Assembly: GCA_964425765.1 (NCBI GenBank)
Contig: CAYRNZ010000003.1
Location: 1,221 to 65,220 of the forward strand
DNA length: 64,000 nt
Origin: an uncultured Synergistaceae bacterium
Lineage (GTDB): Bacteria; Synergistota; Synergistia; Synergistales; 79-D21
Reading direction: 5' to 3'
The translations under genes and the position numbers were made by a program. Positions within the stretch are counted from its first letter, which is position 1. Each line of letters opens with the position of its first letter. The notes under the pieces are model-generated. The model was not told the origin of the DNA and did no database searches. It was given only the letters and a program-made list of their open reading frames with translations. Below, one piece after another: positions 31,911 through 42,006 of this stretch.

Positions 31911-32573
31911 CTAATGGACGCACACGGGACAGGTTTTACCGCCCGCGACGACGAAATGGCCCAAGAATTCTACCCCAAGAAGCTTAAGTTGCCTTGCGAA
32001 AGCCGCTGTAAGGGAGCGGTCCTCCTCGCTCGGGGACGCGTTCCCGTCTGGGTGGTTGTGAACCAGTGCAACCCCTTCGGCCCCGACCCGTATCGCCCTG
32101 CGGCAAAGGAAAGGCGCATCCAGGAAGGCCCCGTCCAGCCCGCCGAAAGAAATCCTTTCCTTTCCCAGGAGTTTACCCTCTCGATCGGCGAACAGAGCAA
32201 GGATGAACTCCCGTTCCTCCCGGGCGAGCGCTTTCTCGAGAGACTTGAGGGCGGATTGCCAATGGACTCCGCTTGCCTCCCCCGCCTCATCACACCAGGA
32301 TCGCCTGCCGAGTTCCACTGCCGCCAGGATCGCGGCCGCTTTCGCCTCTCCCAGCCCCGCAAAGCTCCTTAACTCCGCGAAAGTCGCACGGGAGAGAGCG
32401 CGTTCGTCAGGATATTCCCTAAGGACTTCCGTGGCCATTTCCATGACATCGGACCCTTTTCGACCCGTCCGGAGTATCACCGCCAGCAACTCCTGCAGGG
32501 ACAAGGACCCGGCCCCCACCCGGAGCAGCCTTTCCCTTGGGCGTTCACCCGATGGCAAGCTCGAGATCGTCAT
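31911..32573 (-). CDS. radC: RadC-family JAMM protein
   Basis: 220 aa from the ATG at 32571-32573 (ATGA overlap with the upstream MBL gene stop). Motifs are MTISSLPSGERPRERLL, HhH (LRSFAGLGEAKAAAI) and JAMM (VALVHNHPDGNASPSEED). The track's extension to 32792 is rejected. Confidence 0.9.
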   Translation of the reverse strand: MTISSLPSGERPRERLLRVGAGSLSLQELLAVILRTGRKGSDVMEMATEVLREYPDERALSRATFAELRSFAGLGEAKAAAILAAVELGRRSWCDEAGEASGVHWQSALKSLEKALAREEREFILALFADREGKLLGKERISFGGLDGAFLDAPFLCRRAIRVGAEGVALVHNHPDGNASPSEEDRSLTAAFARQLKLLGVEFLGHFVVAGGKTCPVCVH

Positions 32574-33196
32574 GGCCAGTAAGGATTCTGGGCCTTCTCC
32601 ACCGCAAGGCTCGTTTCGGGGCCATGCCCCGGGAGCACTGGCAAACGTTCGTCCAGTACCGCCAGTTTCAAAAGAGAAGCCTTCAGATCCTTCTCGCTTC
32701 CCCCCGGAAGGTCCGTTCTTCCGACACTCCTTGCAAAAAGGGTGTCCCCGGACAGAAGCAGTTTCCCGTCGCCCTCGGATACCAGGAAACACATGCTGCC
32801 TGCGGTATGTCCCGGGGTATGGATCGCGAGCACTTCCATTTTCCCGACATTGAACCGCTCCCCGTCTTCCAGGGTCTTCTCTTCCGCGGAGGAAGTTATC
32901 GGTGAACCCATCCAGTAAGACAGGTTCTCCTGGGGACTTACGAGCATGCGCGCATCGGCCCCGTGTATCGCAACGCCCCTGGCGGCAATCTTCCGGGCCT
33001 TCTCCAGCCCCGCAATGTGATCACCATGCCCATGCGTCAGAAGGATCCACTCTACCCGGAGAGCGTTCTTTTCGGCGAAATCCAGGGCTTCGGAAGGGTC
33101 ACCGCCCGGATCGACAAGCATGGCCGCGCCCGTTTCATCCCAGAGGAGATAAGCGTTGGTCCAGAGAGCGCCCATCGGAAATCGTCTGTATTCCAT
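32570..33196 (-). CDS. MBL-fold metallo-hydrolase (glyoxalase II-like)
   Basis: 208 aa. THGHGDH motif, HTPGHTAGS and SGDTLFARSVGRTDLPGG. Confidence 0.88.
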   Translation of the reverse strand: MEYRRFPMGALWTNAYLLWDETGAAMLVDPGGDPSEALDFAEKNALRVEWILLTHGHGDHIAGLEKARKIAARGVAIHGADARMLVSPQENLSYWMGSPITSSAEEKTLEDGERFNVGKMEVLAIHTPGHTAGSMCFLVSEGDGKLLLSGDTLFARSVGRTDLPGGSEKDLKASLLKLAVLDERLPVLPGHGPETSLAVEKAQNPYWP

Positions 33197-33200
33197 CGTC

Positions 33201-33650
33201 CTAGAAAACTCCCTTGCTGTCGAGGATAAGGGTGACAGGGCCGTCGTTGCAGAGCGAAACCTGCATCATCGCCTGGAAAACACCCGTTTGCACGGGCAGC
33301 CCCATGTTATTGAGTGCGATGACCAGTTCCCCGTAAAGTTTCTCCGCCTGGCCGGGAGGGGCGGCCATGGTAAAGGAAGGGCGCCTGCCCTTTCTCGCGT
33401 CGCCGTAAAGCGTGAACTGGGAAACGACGAGGATGGCTCCCCCGATGTCGATCAAGGACCGGTTCATCTTGCCGGCCTCATCCTCGAAAATCCTCAGATT
33501 AGCCAGTTTTTCCGCCATCCACGCAACATCCCGGGCATCGTCCCCGTGCGTCACCCCTACGAGCACACAGAGCCCCGGGCCGATCTCGCCGGTCGTTTCA
33601 CCGTCTACCTGGACCTTTGACCAGGTAACCCGTTGAACGATTGTCCTCAA
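33201..33650 (-). CDS. dtd: D-aminoacyl-tRNA deacylase
   Basis: 149 aa. MRTIVQRV...[12 protein letters not shown]...KGRRPSF...NDGPVTLIL. Confidence 0.95.
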   Translation of the reverse strand: MRTIVQRVTWSKVQVDGETTGEIGPGLCVLVGVTHGDDARDVAWMAEKLANLRIFEDEAGKMNRSLIDIGGAILVVSQFTLYGDARKGRRPSFTMAAPPGQAEKLYGELVIALNNMGLPVQTGVFQAMMQVSLCNDGPVTLILDSKGVF

Positions 33651-33656
33651 GGAAAC

Positions 33657-35954
33657 TCACCCCCGGAACACTTCGATAATACCATTCACCGTGTTGAGTT
33701 TTGCCATGATCCGGTAGAGGTGCTCGACATCCTTCACCCTTACCTCGATCGTCATCCTTGCCCTGTTCGCCGCGATAACGCTGGCCTTCACCCCTACGAT
33801 GTTCCCGTCCAGCGAAGTGATGGCCTGGGAAACGTCGGCAAAAAGGCCCGAACGGTCCAGTCCCTCGACCTTGAGGCGTGCCGTATAACGGTCCGAGATC
33901 AACCTGCCCCATTCGACCTTGATCGCCCTTTCCTGCTTTGCCTCCTCCACGTTTCTGCAGTCGGAGCGGTGTATCGTGATGCCGCGCGTACGGGTCACAT
34001 AACCCACGATCGGGTCTCCGGGGACAGGGCAACAGCAGTTGGCAAGCGAGACAAGAACACCTCCGGCCCCCTCCACCACGATCTCCGTGTCGAATTCCTT
34101 CCTCGCCGTGGCAGGCGTTGTTGCCGAGACTGAAGGTTCGATATGAGGTTCCGTCTGCGGCACGGTGCGGTTTTCAAGAATTTTCATCACGACGGTCGAA
34201 GCGCTCTGACTATTGCCCCCGACAGCGACGATGACGTCTTCTCCGCTGGAGTAGCCCAACTCGTGCGCGACCCTGTTCAGGACACCTGACATCGTCGGTG
34301 CAGCCAACTCCAGACCCGCATCCCTTCTCCGCAGTTCCCTTTCAAGCAGTTCCCGTCCCTTGAGGAGACGCTCTTCGCGCTCGGTTCGCTCGACCTGCCT
34401 GAAATAACCCCTGATCTTCGATCTTGCCTTGGTGCTGCGGGCTATCTTGAGCCAGTCCCTGGAGGGCTTCCCCTGGGGGGAAGTGAGTATCCGGACGATT
34501 TCCCCGTTCTGGATTTCATAATCGATGGGCACGATCTTGCCGTTCACCATGGCCCCGACATACTTGTTCCCAACTTCCGTGTGGATCAGGTAGGCGAAGT
34601 CGAGGGGAGTGGAGCCGGTGGGGAGGGAGACGACGTCCCCATTGGGGGTGAAAGCGAAAACTTCGGAAGTCAGGACATCGCCCTTCAGGTTCTCCATGAA
34701 CTCCGAGGGGCTCTCCCCCTGTCCCTCCAGCGCCTGTCTGACCCAGGCCAGGCGCTTGTCCATCTCGTTCAGCCGAGTCCCGGGTTCTTTGTAATGCCAG
34801 TGCGCGGCGATGCCGTATTCAGCCAGCCAATGCATCTCCCTCGTCCGGATCTGGATCTCGAGCGGTTCTCCGCTCGGCCCTATCACCGTCGTATGAAGGG
34901 ATTGGTACATGTTGTTCTTCGGGTTTGCCACGTAATCGTCGAACTGCCCGGGAATAGGCTTCCAGATCGTGTGCACGATCCCCAGGACCGAATAGCATTC
35001 CGCAACCGTTCCGACGATTACCCTCAAGGCCAACAGGTCGTAAAGCTGTTCAAGCGACAGGTTCTTTCTTTGCATCTTCTCGTAGATGCTGAAGAAATGC
35101 TTGGCGCGCCCCGTGATGGAGACCTCGATCCCGATCTCCTTCATCTTCTGGTTAAGGATATCGATCGCCTGTTTGATGATCTGCTCACGCTCCGGAAGTT
35201 TTTTCCGGACCCGCCTTCGAATCTCGTAGAACATTTCGGGGTCCAGCACCTTGAAGGACAGGTCTTCGAGGTCGCGCTTAATCTGGTAAATGCCCAGGCG
35301 ATGGGCCAGGGGGGCATAGATTTCCACCGTTTCCTTCGCGATCCTTACCTGCTTGTCGCGACGGAGGGTCTGGATCGTCCTCATGTTGTGGAGCCTGTCG
35401 GCAAGCTTGATCAGAACGACCCGGATGTCCTTCGCCATGACCAGGAACATCTTCCTGAGGTTCTGGGCCTGGTAATCCTCGAAGGAGTTGAAGGGCAGCT
35501 TGCCAAGCTTCGTGACCCCGTCGACCATGACAAGGACGTTTTCCCCGAAGGCGCCCTTGACGCTTTCCCCCGTCAGGTCGGTATCTTCCAGGACATCGTG
35601 CAGGATTGCGGCGACAAGAGTGTCGACGTCGAGTTCCATGTCGGCGAGGATCGAGGCAACGGCTATCGTATGGACGATATAAGGCTCCCCCGAAGAACGC
35701 CTCTGTTGTTCGTGACCGATCGAAGCCATGACCATCGCCTCTCCGAGGCGGCTCAGTTCCTCCTTCGAGAGATACCGTGCGACTTTGCCCCAGAGCTCCT
35801 GCCATGCCAGCTTAACGGGTGCAACGCGCTGCGACTCGGAGATTCTTCCAAGAAAGCTGTCTCTCAGAAGGCGCGACGACTTGCTCCCCTCCTGCGGGGA
35901 GGTTTCCGTCAAGCTCGTCGCCCGTGGAACGGCAGGTTCATCCAAGAGGGACAC
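33657..35954 (-). CDS. relA: Bifunctional (p)ppGpp synthetase/hydrolase (RSH)
   Basis: HD hydrolase (HTIAVASIL...LHDVLEDT), synthetase (YRSLHTTV-like YQSLHTTVIGP), TGS and ACT domains. The start is uncertain: GTG at 35954, or TTG at 35945, which has better spacing from AGGAGG. Confidence 0.95.
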   Translation of the reverse strand: MSLLDEPAVPRATSLTETSPQEGSKSSRLLRDSFLGRISESQRVAPVKLAWQELWGKVARYLSKEELSRLGEAMVMASIGHEQQRRSSGEPYIVHTIAVASILADMELDVDTLVAAILHDVLEDTDLTGESVKGAFGENVLVMVDGVTKLGKLPFNSFEDYQAQNLRKMFLVMAKDIRVVLIKLADRLHNMRTIQTLRRDKQVRIAKETVEIYAPLAHRLGIYQIKRDLEDLSFKVLDPEMFYEIRRRVRKKLPEREQIIKQAIDILNQKMKEIGIEVSITGRAKHFFSIYEKMQRKNLSLEQLYDLLALRVIVGTVAECYSVLGIVHTIWKPIPGQFDDYVANPKNNMYQSLHTTVIGPSGEPLEIQIRTREMHWLAEYGIAAHWHYKEPGTRLNEMDKRLAWVRQALEGQGESPSEFMENLKGDVLTSEVFAFTPNGDVVSLPTGSTPLDFAYLIHTEVGNKYVGAMVNGKIVPIDYEIQNGEIVRILTSPQGKPSRDWLKIARSTKARSKIRGYFRQVERTEREERLLKGRELLERELRRRDAGLELAAPTMSGVLNRVAHELGYSSGEDVIVAVGGNSQSASTVVMKILENRTVPQTEPHIEPSVSATTPATARKEFDTEIVVEGAGGVLVSLANCCCPVPGDPIVGYVTRTRGITIHRSDCRNVEEAKQERAIKVEWGRLISDRYTARLKVEGLDRSGLFADVSQAITSLDGNIVGVKASVIAANRARMTIEVRVKDVEHLYRIMAKLNTVNGIIEVFRG

Positions 35955-35957
35955 CTC

Positions 35958-37631
35958 CTAGGCAAGGCCGTCGGCCAGGACAGGCCTTTCCAGGAACAGT
36001 TCGACCCGGGGGCTTCCCTTCCAGGACCCTCTCCTCGCCCTGTAGACCCACCCTTCCACCAGGTCGCTGTCCCGCAGCAGTTCCGGTGAACGGAAGGCAA
36101 CGATCGATGCTGTTCCGCATTCGATCTTCACGTGCTGGCCGGTCTTTCCCAACGGATTGATGCGGTCCGCCCTTTTTCGGTCGACATAAAAAAGGGGCGC
36201 CGGGTTTCCCATCCCGAAAGGGCCGAGGCTTTCAATCTCGTCCAGGGTTCCCAGCGTGAGGCTTTCAGGGTGGGCATCCAGGACGTCCGTCGAATTCTCC
36301 TCCTCTAGCTCCAACCCTGCCAGGATTGCCTCGAGGGAATCCCTGACAGAGGGCCACCCTTCCCTTTTTACGCTAAAACCGGCAGCCTGTCGGTGCCCCC
36401 CCCACTCTTCCAGGGAAGCCGAAAGACCCTTAAGGACCGAAACCGCGTCCCCGCCCTTCGGAACCCTGAGGGTTCCTCTCACGAGGCCCGAGCCCACTGG
36501 GGCAGCCAATACCACAGGAACGCCCATTTCGCTGCAGATCCTGCTCGCTACACCGCTCAGGACCCCAACCGGCCAATCCTCCTTGCCGGCGACGCAGCAG
36601 GCTTTCCCCTCCATGAAGGGAGTGGCCTCTTCCATGATTTTTGCAGTCAAACCCTGTCTTTTTCGGTTAAGGGCGACCAGGTCGTCGACGGCACTTCCCG
36701 AGGGCGGTTCGAAAGAAAGGACTTTTACCGAAAGATCCGCCAGTTCCAGCCTACCCGGGGCGTTCAGGCAAGGGACCACCTTCATCGCCAGGCTCTCGCT
36801 GTCGAGTGTATCCAAATCGATCCCGAGCTTCGCCGAGAGGGCTGAAAGACCGGGTTCCGCTCCTTCCCTGATTTTCGCGAGCCCGTTCCTTACAAGGGCC
36901 CGGTTCAGCGGGCCAAGCGGGACACAATCCGCCACGGTTGCCAGGGCAACAAGCCCCAGGTTATCGCAAAGCCATTCCCTCTCTTCCGGAACCGTTTTCC
37001 ATGCCCAGGCCCAGAGGACAGCGGTACCGCAGAGTTGTTTCGCTTCCTGGCAGCCGCCAACCTGCGGGTTGACCAGGAAGTTCCCCAGAGAACCTTCGGG
37101 ACTCGTTTCCTGCGGAAGATGATGATCGAAAACGATCACCTCGAGGCCGAGACTCCTGGCGGTTTCAATCGCAGAACCGCTCGAGGTCCCGCAATCGACA
37201 GCGACAAGGACGTCGCACCCTCTCTGGGCAATTCGGCGCACGATCTTCTCGTGCAAACCGTATCCCTCCTGGTGGCGATGCGGGATGAAATAACCCACAC
37301 CGGCCCCTCTTCTCGAAAATAACCGGGCGGCAAGAGTCGTGGCCGAAACCCCGTCCACATCGTAATCTCCGTAGACAACCACGCGGCTTCCAGGACCAAT
37401 ACGGCCGTAAATCTCTTCGGCTTTGGATCCCCCTGTACCCAGGTCCAGGCTGCCCATCAACGGCAGGAGGCTCGTTGAAAGAAACTCCATGGCTTTCGCC
37501 TTCCCTGACGCTCCCCTGATTCTCATGAGGGTGGCGACAAGTGGAGAGCAGCCGACCTCTTTTGCAAGGTCGGCTGAAAGCTCGTCAATATTCCAATGGC
37601 GGAGGGAATCTGCCGTTAAGGCTGCAATCAC
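35958..37631 (-). CDS. recJ: Single-stranded-DNA-specific exonuclease RecJ
   Basis: 557 aa. DHH motifs are VVVYGDYDVDGVSAT, HRHQEGYG, LVAVDCGTSS and VFDHH. The GTG start overlaps the upstream stop (GTGA). Confidence 0.92.
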   Translation of the reverse strand: MIAALTADSLRHWNIDELSADLAKEVGCSPLVATLMRIRGASGKAKAMEFLSTSLLPLMGSLDLGTGGSKAEEIYGRIGPGSRVVVYGDYDVDGVSATTLAARLFSRRGAGVGYFIPHRHQEGYGLHEKIVRRIAQRGCDVLVAVDCGTSSGSAIETARSLGLEVIVFDHHLPQETSPEGSLGNFLVNPQVGGCQEAKQLCGTAVLWAWAWKTVPEEREWLCDNLGLVALATVADCVPLGPLNRALVRNGLAKIREGAEPGLSALSAKLGIDLDTLDSESLAMKVVPCLNAPGRLELADLSVKVLSFEPPSGSAVDDLVALNRKRQGLTAKIMEEATPFMEGKACCVAGKEDWPVGVLSGVASRICSEMGVPVVLAAPVGSGLVRGTLRVPKGGDAVSVLKGLSASLEEWGGHRQAAGFSVKREGWPSVRDSLEAILAGLELEEENSTDVLDAHPESLTLGTLDEIESLGPFGMGNPAPLFYVDRKRADRINPLGKTGQHVKIECGTASIVAFRSPELLRDSDLVEGWVYRARRGSWKGSPRVELFLERPVLADGLA

Positions 37632-37990
37632 TGCTTGTCTCCGCTGCCGGGTATTGTCGTCTCCTGCGCACTCTGGGTGACAGGGTTTTCGTTTACAGGG
37701 TTTTTCTTCAAAGCTTCGATCAGTTGTTGTTTTTCCTGTTCCAACGACCTGACTCGTTCTTCCTGTTCCTTGATTTTCCGTTGCAGGGCTCCCCTGATCT
37801 CAACGAGGGACGCCAGCGAGACGATCCACATAAGCAAACCGCCAGCGGCAAAAAGAAGGATGTCCCAAAGTCCCTGGGGGAGCGTCTTCTCCCACATCAT
37901 AAAACGGACGACTACATCTCCCGTGTTCTGGAACGCGTAGCCGGCGGCCACCAGCATGGACAGAAGGATTGCGAGCGCATAGCTTTTCAA
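37628..37990 (-). CDS. LapA/DUF1049-like small membrane protein with C-terminal coiled coil
   Basis: 120 aa. Two TM helices flank QNTGDVVVRF, followed by QRKIKEQEERVRSLEQEKQQL. TTG start with AGGAGGAG upstream. Confidence 0.7.
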   Translation of the reverse strand: MKSYALAILLSMLVAAGYAFQNTGDVVVRFMMWEKTLPQGLWDILLFAAGGLLMWIVSLASLVEIRGALQRKIKEQEERVRSLEQEKQQLIEALKKNPVNENPVTQSAQETTIPGSGDKQ

Positions 37991-38060
37991 ATCGTCTCCT
38001 CCTTTTAAGCGGTCCCGATGCCGCTTACATGTCTTTTGTCGGAGTTTCGCCTGCTGCGGG

Positions 38061-38411
38061 TCACAAGGATGCCGAATTGTCCCGGTTTTGCCCGGTGTTC
38101 AAAAGCATCTTCGCTTCCAGCTTTGCAAGCCGCTCCTCGACCCCCAGGAACATCACTTTCAATTCCTTTGCCTCGTCCTTGGTGACGAGCGGCAAGTGGG
38201 CGACAAGGCGTTGGATTTCCTTCTGGAAACCCTCGATCAAGGCTTGCCTGCGGGCCGCCAGAGATCGTTCCACATCCTGCAGGAGTCCATCCAGGTCTGC
38301 CTGGCTGAGGGCACCGCTTTGCACCAGCGGATTCATGTTTTCCTTCATGATCGCCAATGCCGCGGTCCCCGTTCCCACACCCTCCATGAGCAGTTGCAGG
38401 ACTGTCTCCAT
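38061..38411 (-). CDS. Hypothetical coiled-coil protein (phasin/COG3937-like pattern)
   Basis: 116 aa from the ATG at 38409-38411 (GGAGGGAG 5 nt upstream). The tail LVTKDEAKELKVMFLGVEERLAKLEAKM resembles phasin-like regulators. The product call is weak. Confidence 0.5.
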   Translation of the reverse strand: METVLQLLMEGVGTGTAALAIMKENMNPLVQSGALSQADLDGLLQDVERSLAARRQALIEGFQKEIQRLVAHLPLVTKDEAKELKVMFLGVEERLAKLEAKMLLNTGQNRDNSASL

Positions 38412-38452
38412 CGGTTCTCCCTCCAATCCAGACACTATTATACCCTCCACTT

Positions 38453-38488
38453 AAAACGACAGGGACGGCGTTTGAGCGCCGTCCCTGT
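38453..38488 (-). terminator. Rho-independent terminator downstream of secF
   Basis: Minus strand ACAGGGACGGCG-CTCAAA-CGCCGTCCCTGT (perfect 12-bp stem) followed by CGTTTTAAG. Confidence 0.75.
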
Positions 38489-38509
38489 TCAAGCGAACAA
38501 TACCGGGGT

Positions 38510-39382
38510 TTAGCGGGGTGACCTCTTGTACCACTCGCAGAGCAATGCCCCCGCGATAAAAACTGAGCTGTAGGTACCGACGACCAGGCCGACCAGCATC
38601 GCGAAGGAAAAATCCGCGATGACCGGCCCCCCTAGAAGGAACAGGGCGACAACCGGAAGCATCGTCGTCAAGGAGGTGTTGATGGTCCTGGAAAGGGTTT
38701 GGTTTATCGACTCGTCGAGCAGTTTTTCGATACCTAGTTGGCGTAATTTGCCCCAATTTTCGCGGACACGGTCCAACACGACGATCGTGTCGTTGATCGA
38801 GTATCCTACGATCGTAAGGATCGCGGCGATGTAGGTCAGGGAAACCTCCCGCCCAGTGAGCGCAAATGCCCCGGTGGTGATGATCGCGTCATGGGCCAGT
38901 GCAATGACGCTCACGGCTGCGAAGCGGAACTTGAAGCGGACCCCGACGTAGACCAGTATCCCGATCAGCGACAGGAAGAGGGCGATCAACGCCTGGCGCT
39001 TCAGTTCGCTTCCGACGACAGGCCCCACTTTTTCCAGCCTCAGAACCTGGAGGCCGTTGAACTTCTCCCTCAGCGCCTCCCTGGCCTGCGCACCGACCTT
39101 CTCGTCACCCGCTTTGAGCCGGATGATCATTCCCCTGTCGCTGTAAGCCTGTATCACGGCCTGTTCCTGTCCCACCGTTGCCAGGACTTCCCGCGCCTGC
39201 TGAACGTCGACCGCAGTCGGGAACTCGACTTGCAGGAGCGTACCTCCGGTGTAGTCGATCCCAAGGTTCAGCCCCTTGAAAGCAATAAGCGCAAGGCTGC
39301 CGATCACCAGCGCCAGGCTGATGCCGAGCGCAATACGCCGGAAAGCCATGAATTCGAAACGCCTGTCGTGAATGAATTTCAT
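38510..39382 (-). CDS. secF: Protein translocase subunit SecF
   Basis: 290 aa. GLNLGIDYTGGT, AHDAIITTGAF and INDTIVVLDRVREN. Confidence 0.95.
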   Translation of the reverse strand: MKFIHDRRFEFMAFRRIALGISLALVIGSLALIAFKGLNLGIDYTGGTLLQVEFPTAVDVQQAREVLATVGQEQAVIQAYSDRGMIIRLKAGDEKVGAQAREALREKFNGLQVLRLEKVGPVVGSELKRQALIALFLSLIGILVYVGVRFKFRFAAVSVIALAHDAIITTGAFALTGREVSLTYIAAILTIVGYSINDTIVVLDRVRENWGKLRQLGIEKLLDESINQTLSRTINTSLTTMLPVVALFLLGGPVIADFSFAMLVGLVVGTYSSVFIAGALLCEWYKRSPR

Positions 39383-39396
39383 TTCCGTTCCCTCCC

Positions 39397-40788
39397 TCAG
39401 TTCGACCCGAGGGCCTTTTTCCGGCTCATGTCCAGCAGGAACTGCAGGATGACCCGGGTGACCACGACGTTACAGAAAACGCTGGAAACGATCCCGATAC
39501 TGAGCGTCACGGCAAACCCACGGATAGGACCGCTGCCAAAATAGAAGAGGATCGCCGCGGCGATGAGTGTCGTAAGGTTCGAATCCAGGATCGTCGTCAG
39601 GGCCTTCCTGAAGCCGGCGTCCAGTGCCGCGAGCTGGGTCTTGCCTGAATTCCTCTCTTCCCTCATTCGCTCGTAGATCAGGATGTTCCCGTCAACCGCC
39701 ATCCCGATCGTCAAAACGATGCCGGCGATACCTGGCAGGGTCAGCGTTGACTTGAAGGTGATGAGCCCGGCGAAAACCAGCAAAAGGGCGACGCTCAGCG
39801 CCATGTCCGCGGCGATGCCGAGGAAGCGGTAATAGATGAGCATGAAGATCAGTACTAGGATCGCGCCGATCAACCCCGCGCGAAGGCCTGACCGGATCGA
39901 ATCCGAACCCAGGGTTGGCCCGACCGTCCTGTTTTCCGCAACCTCGACCGGTACGGGCAAGGCGCCGGCCCTCAACATGATGCCCAGCCGGTTCGCCTCG
40001 TCAACGGTGAAACGGCCTGTTATCTGGGCTTCCCCACCGCTGATCCGTTCCTGGACCACGGGGGCGGAAATGACCTCCCCGTCCAGGACGATCGCGATCT
40101 GTTTCCCTACGTTGGCCGCAGTGGCTTCATCGAAGAGTTTCGTCCCGTCCGAACTGAACTTGAGGGACACCATGGGCCTGGAAAGGCTGTCGAAGCCTGT
40201 CTTCGCATCCTTTAGGTCTTTTCCGACCACATAGGTCTTTCCCAGAAGGTAGGCTCTCCCTTCGTTATCCCTGCCCACCGTCACCCCGGGGGTGCTGGCC
40301 ACCCGCGCCTTCAGCTCCTCTGCGATGCGGTCGACCTCCTCCTTGGCTTTTTGCCAGCGCGACTGGGCCGCCAGGAAATCCTCGTCGCTCGCGTAGTTCG
40401 GGCGGTTGGGGGCTGGAGGGACGGCACCCGTCGACTGCATAACTTCCTTGAATTCCAGTAGCGCCGTCCGGCCGATCAGGTCCAGGGCAGCTTCCGGGTC
40501 CTGGATTCCGGGCAGGTCTAGGATGACCCGGTCTTCACCTTGTCTCTGGATCACGGGCTCGGTAACGCCATATTGGTCCACTCGATTCCTAAGGACCGCG
40601 ATCAGACGGTCTATGCTATCGGCGGTCAGGGGGCTTTCCGGGGTTCCCTTGGCCAGGAGGACAATATGGGCACCTCCCTTTAGGTCGAGCCCAAGCCTGA
40701 CCTTTCCTTTTATCGGAAATACCGCCAAAAGACCTGCAATTATCACCGCGGCGACGAGGATCAGCCGCCAGCGATCCCTCTTCAACAT
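39397..40788 (-). CDS. secD: Protein translocase subunit SecD
   Basis: 463 aa from the ATG at 40786-40788 (AAGGAGG 9 nt upstream). LGLDLKGGAHIVL, PTLGSDSI and AVDGNILIYERMREE. Confidence 0.95.
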   Translation of the reverse strand: MLKRDRWRLILVAAVIIAGLLAVFPIKGKVRLGLDLKGGAHIVLLAKGTPESPLTADSIDRLIAVLRNRVDQYGVTEPVIQRQGEDRVILDLPGIQDPEAALDLIGRTALLEFKEVMQSTGAVPPAPNRPNYASDEDFLAAQSRWQKAKEEVDRIAEELKARVASTPGVTVGRDNEGRAYLLGKTYVVGKDLKDAKTGFDSLSRPMVSLKFSSDGTKLFDEATAANVGKQIAIVLDGEVISAPVVQERISGGEAQITGRFTVDEANRLGIMLRAGALPVPVEVAENRTVGPTLGSDSIRSGLRAGLIGAILVLIFMLIYYRFLGIAADMALSVALLLVFAGLITFKSTLTLPGIAGIVLTIGMAVDGNILIYERMREERNSGKTQLAALDAGFRKALTTILDSNLTTLIAAAILFYFGSGPIRGFAVTLSIGIVSSVFCNVVVTRVILQFLLDMSRKKALGSN

Positions 40789-40917
40789 GGGACAAACCTC
40801 CTTGGGGAACACCGTATTTCCACACGTGCAAGCACCGCCTTCAGACGTTTATGGCGGCGCCTGGGGCCTTGTCGCGACGCGTCCCTGCCCTGAAACCCTC
40901 TAAGCAGAAAAAAAGGG

Positions 40918-40949
40918 AGCAGGCACAAAGACCCACTCCTTATTCACGC
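40918..40949 (-). terminator. Probable rho-independent terminator downstream of yajC
   Basis: Minus strand GGAGTGGG-TCTTTGTG-CCTGCTCC (8 bp with two G-U pairs) followed by CTTTTTTTCTGC. Confidence 0.5.
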
Positions 40950-40956
40950 ATTACGG

Positions 40957-41286
40957 TCAGGATTCCGAAATCCCTTCAACTGCAGGCGTTTCTTCTTTCT
41001 TACCCGCCTCTTCGCTCCGCTTGTACTGAATGGAGGATTTCAGTATCCGGGCCTTCACCCCGTCAGCGATCTCAAGAATATAGCTGTCATCCTTCATTTC
41101 GCGGACGATTCCGAAGAATCCTCCGGCAGTCACGACCTGATCTCCCCTCTTTATCGAGGCGAGCATTTCCTGGTGCTGCCGCTGCTTTTTCTTCTGGGGC
41201 CGGATGATCAGGAAATAGAAGATCACCACGAACAAAGCCAGGGGAAGAAGCATTCCCATCAGTCCGCCTTGTGCTCCACTGTTCAA
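40957..41286 (-). CDS. yajC: Preprotein translocase subunit YajC
   Basis: 109 aa. LPLALFVVIFYFLIIRPQKKKQRQHQEMLASIKRGDQVVTAGGFFG. TTG start with GGGAGG 8 nt upstream. Confidence 0.9.
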   Translation of the reverse strand: MNSGAQGGLMGMLLPLALFVVIFYFLIIRPQKKKQRQHQEMLASIKRGDQVVTAGGFFGIVREMKDDSYILEIADGVKARILKSSIQYKRSEEAGKKEETPAVEGISES

Positions 41287-41328
41287 TACGAACGCCTCCC
41301 GTCTTCTGTCTGTTTTTTGGCATGGACA

Positions 41329-41337
41329 ATTCTAACA
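41329..41337 (-). promoter_or_regulatory. Possible extended -10 promoter element upstream of yajC
   Basis: The minus strand reads TGTTAGAAT immediately after the rex stop codon. No good -35 is present. Confidence 0.35.
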
Positions 41338-41342
41338 CGACT

Positions 41343-41969
41343 TTACCGTTCAAGCTGCTTGAGGAAGAAAAGAAGCTTCTCCAGTTCGGTTGCGATATCC
41401 ACATGGTAGACCAGCACGGATTTCGGGACGATGACGGCCGTCTGGGCAAAGGAGAGGATCCCGCGGATGGTGCCGGACGAAACCGCCCGATCGACGCAAG
41501 CCTGGGCCGCCGTCGCGGGAACCGTCAGGATAAGGATTTCTACCTGCTCGTCCTTGAGAACCTCCGTCATTTTCTCGATGGAGTGACATGGAATTCCCAT
41601 GATTGACCGCCCGATCTTCTGGGGATCGTTGTCGAAAAGGGCGAGGATCTTGAACTTGCTGCTTTGAAACGCCTTGTGTCCCAGAAGGGCCTCTCCGAGC
41701 CGACCCACTCCCACGAGGGCTATGCGCCAAAGGCGGGGTGTAGCCAGGATGCTCTTGATATGCTCGTATAGCCGTTCTACGTGGTAACCGACTCCCCTTT
41801 TCCCGATCTCCCCGAAGTAGGATAGATCCTTCCTGACCTGGCTGGCCTTGAGGGAAAGCATTTCTCCCATCTCCTGGGAAGAAACGACTCTTCGCCCCTC
41901 TTCATGCAGCAACTCCAGAAGCCTGTAGTACTGGACAAGTCTTTCTATTGTGGGTTCTGCCACCTTCAT
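41343..41969 (-). CDS. rex: Redox-sensing transcriptional repressor Rex
   Basis: 208 aa from the ATG at 41967-41969. Winged helix (SSQEMGEMLSLKASQVRKDLSYFGEIGKRGVGY) plus a Rossmann motif (IALVGVGRLGEAL). The track's extension to 42113 is rejected. Confidence 0.9.
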   Translation of the reverse strand: MKVAEPTIERLVQYYRLLELLHEEGRRVVSSQEMGEMLSLKASQVRKDLSYFGEIGKRGVGYHVERLYEHIKSILATPRLWRIALVGVGRLGEALLGHKAFQSSKFKILALFDNDPQKIGRSIMGIPCHSIEKMTEVLKDEQVEILILTVPATAAQACVDRAVSSGTIRGILSFAQTAVIVPKSVLVYHVDIATELEKLLFFLKQLER

Positions 41970-42006
41970 GGGTACAATCCCCCGATCATTTCCACCGAAA
42001 CGCCGT

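Noticed and set aside
37991-38060. Hairpin TAAGCGG-CATCGGGA-CCGCTTA between the coiled-coil gene and the LapA-like gene, as a possible terminator
   Set aside because: On the coding (minus) strand it is followed by AAAAGGAGG, the SD of the next gene, rather than a U-tract. The T-run is on the wrong side, so it is unlikely to terminate minus-strand transcription.
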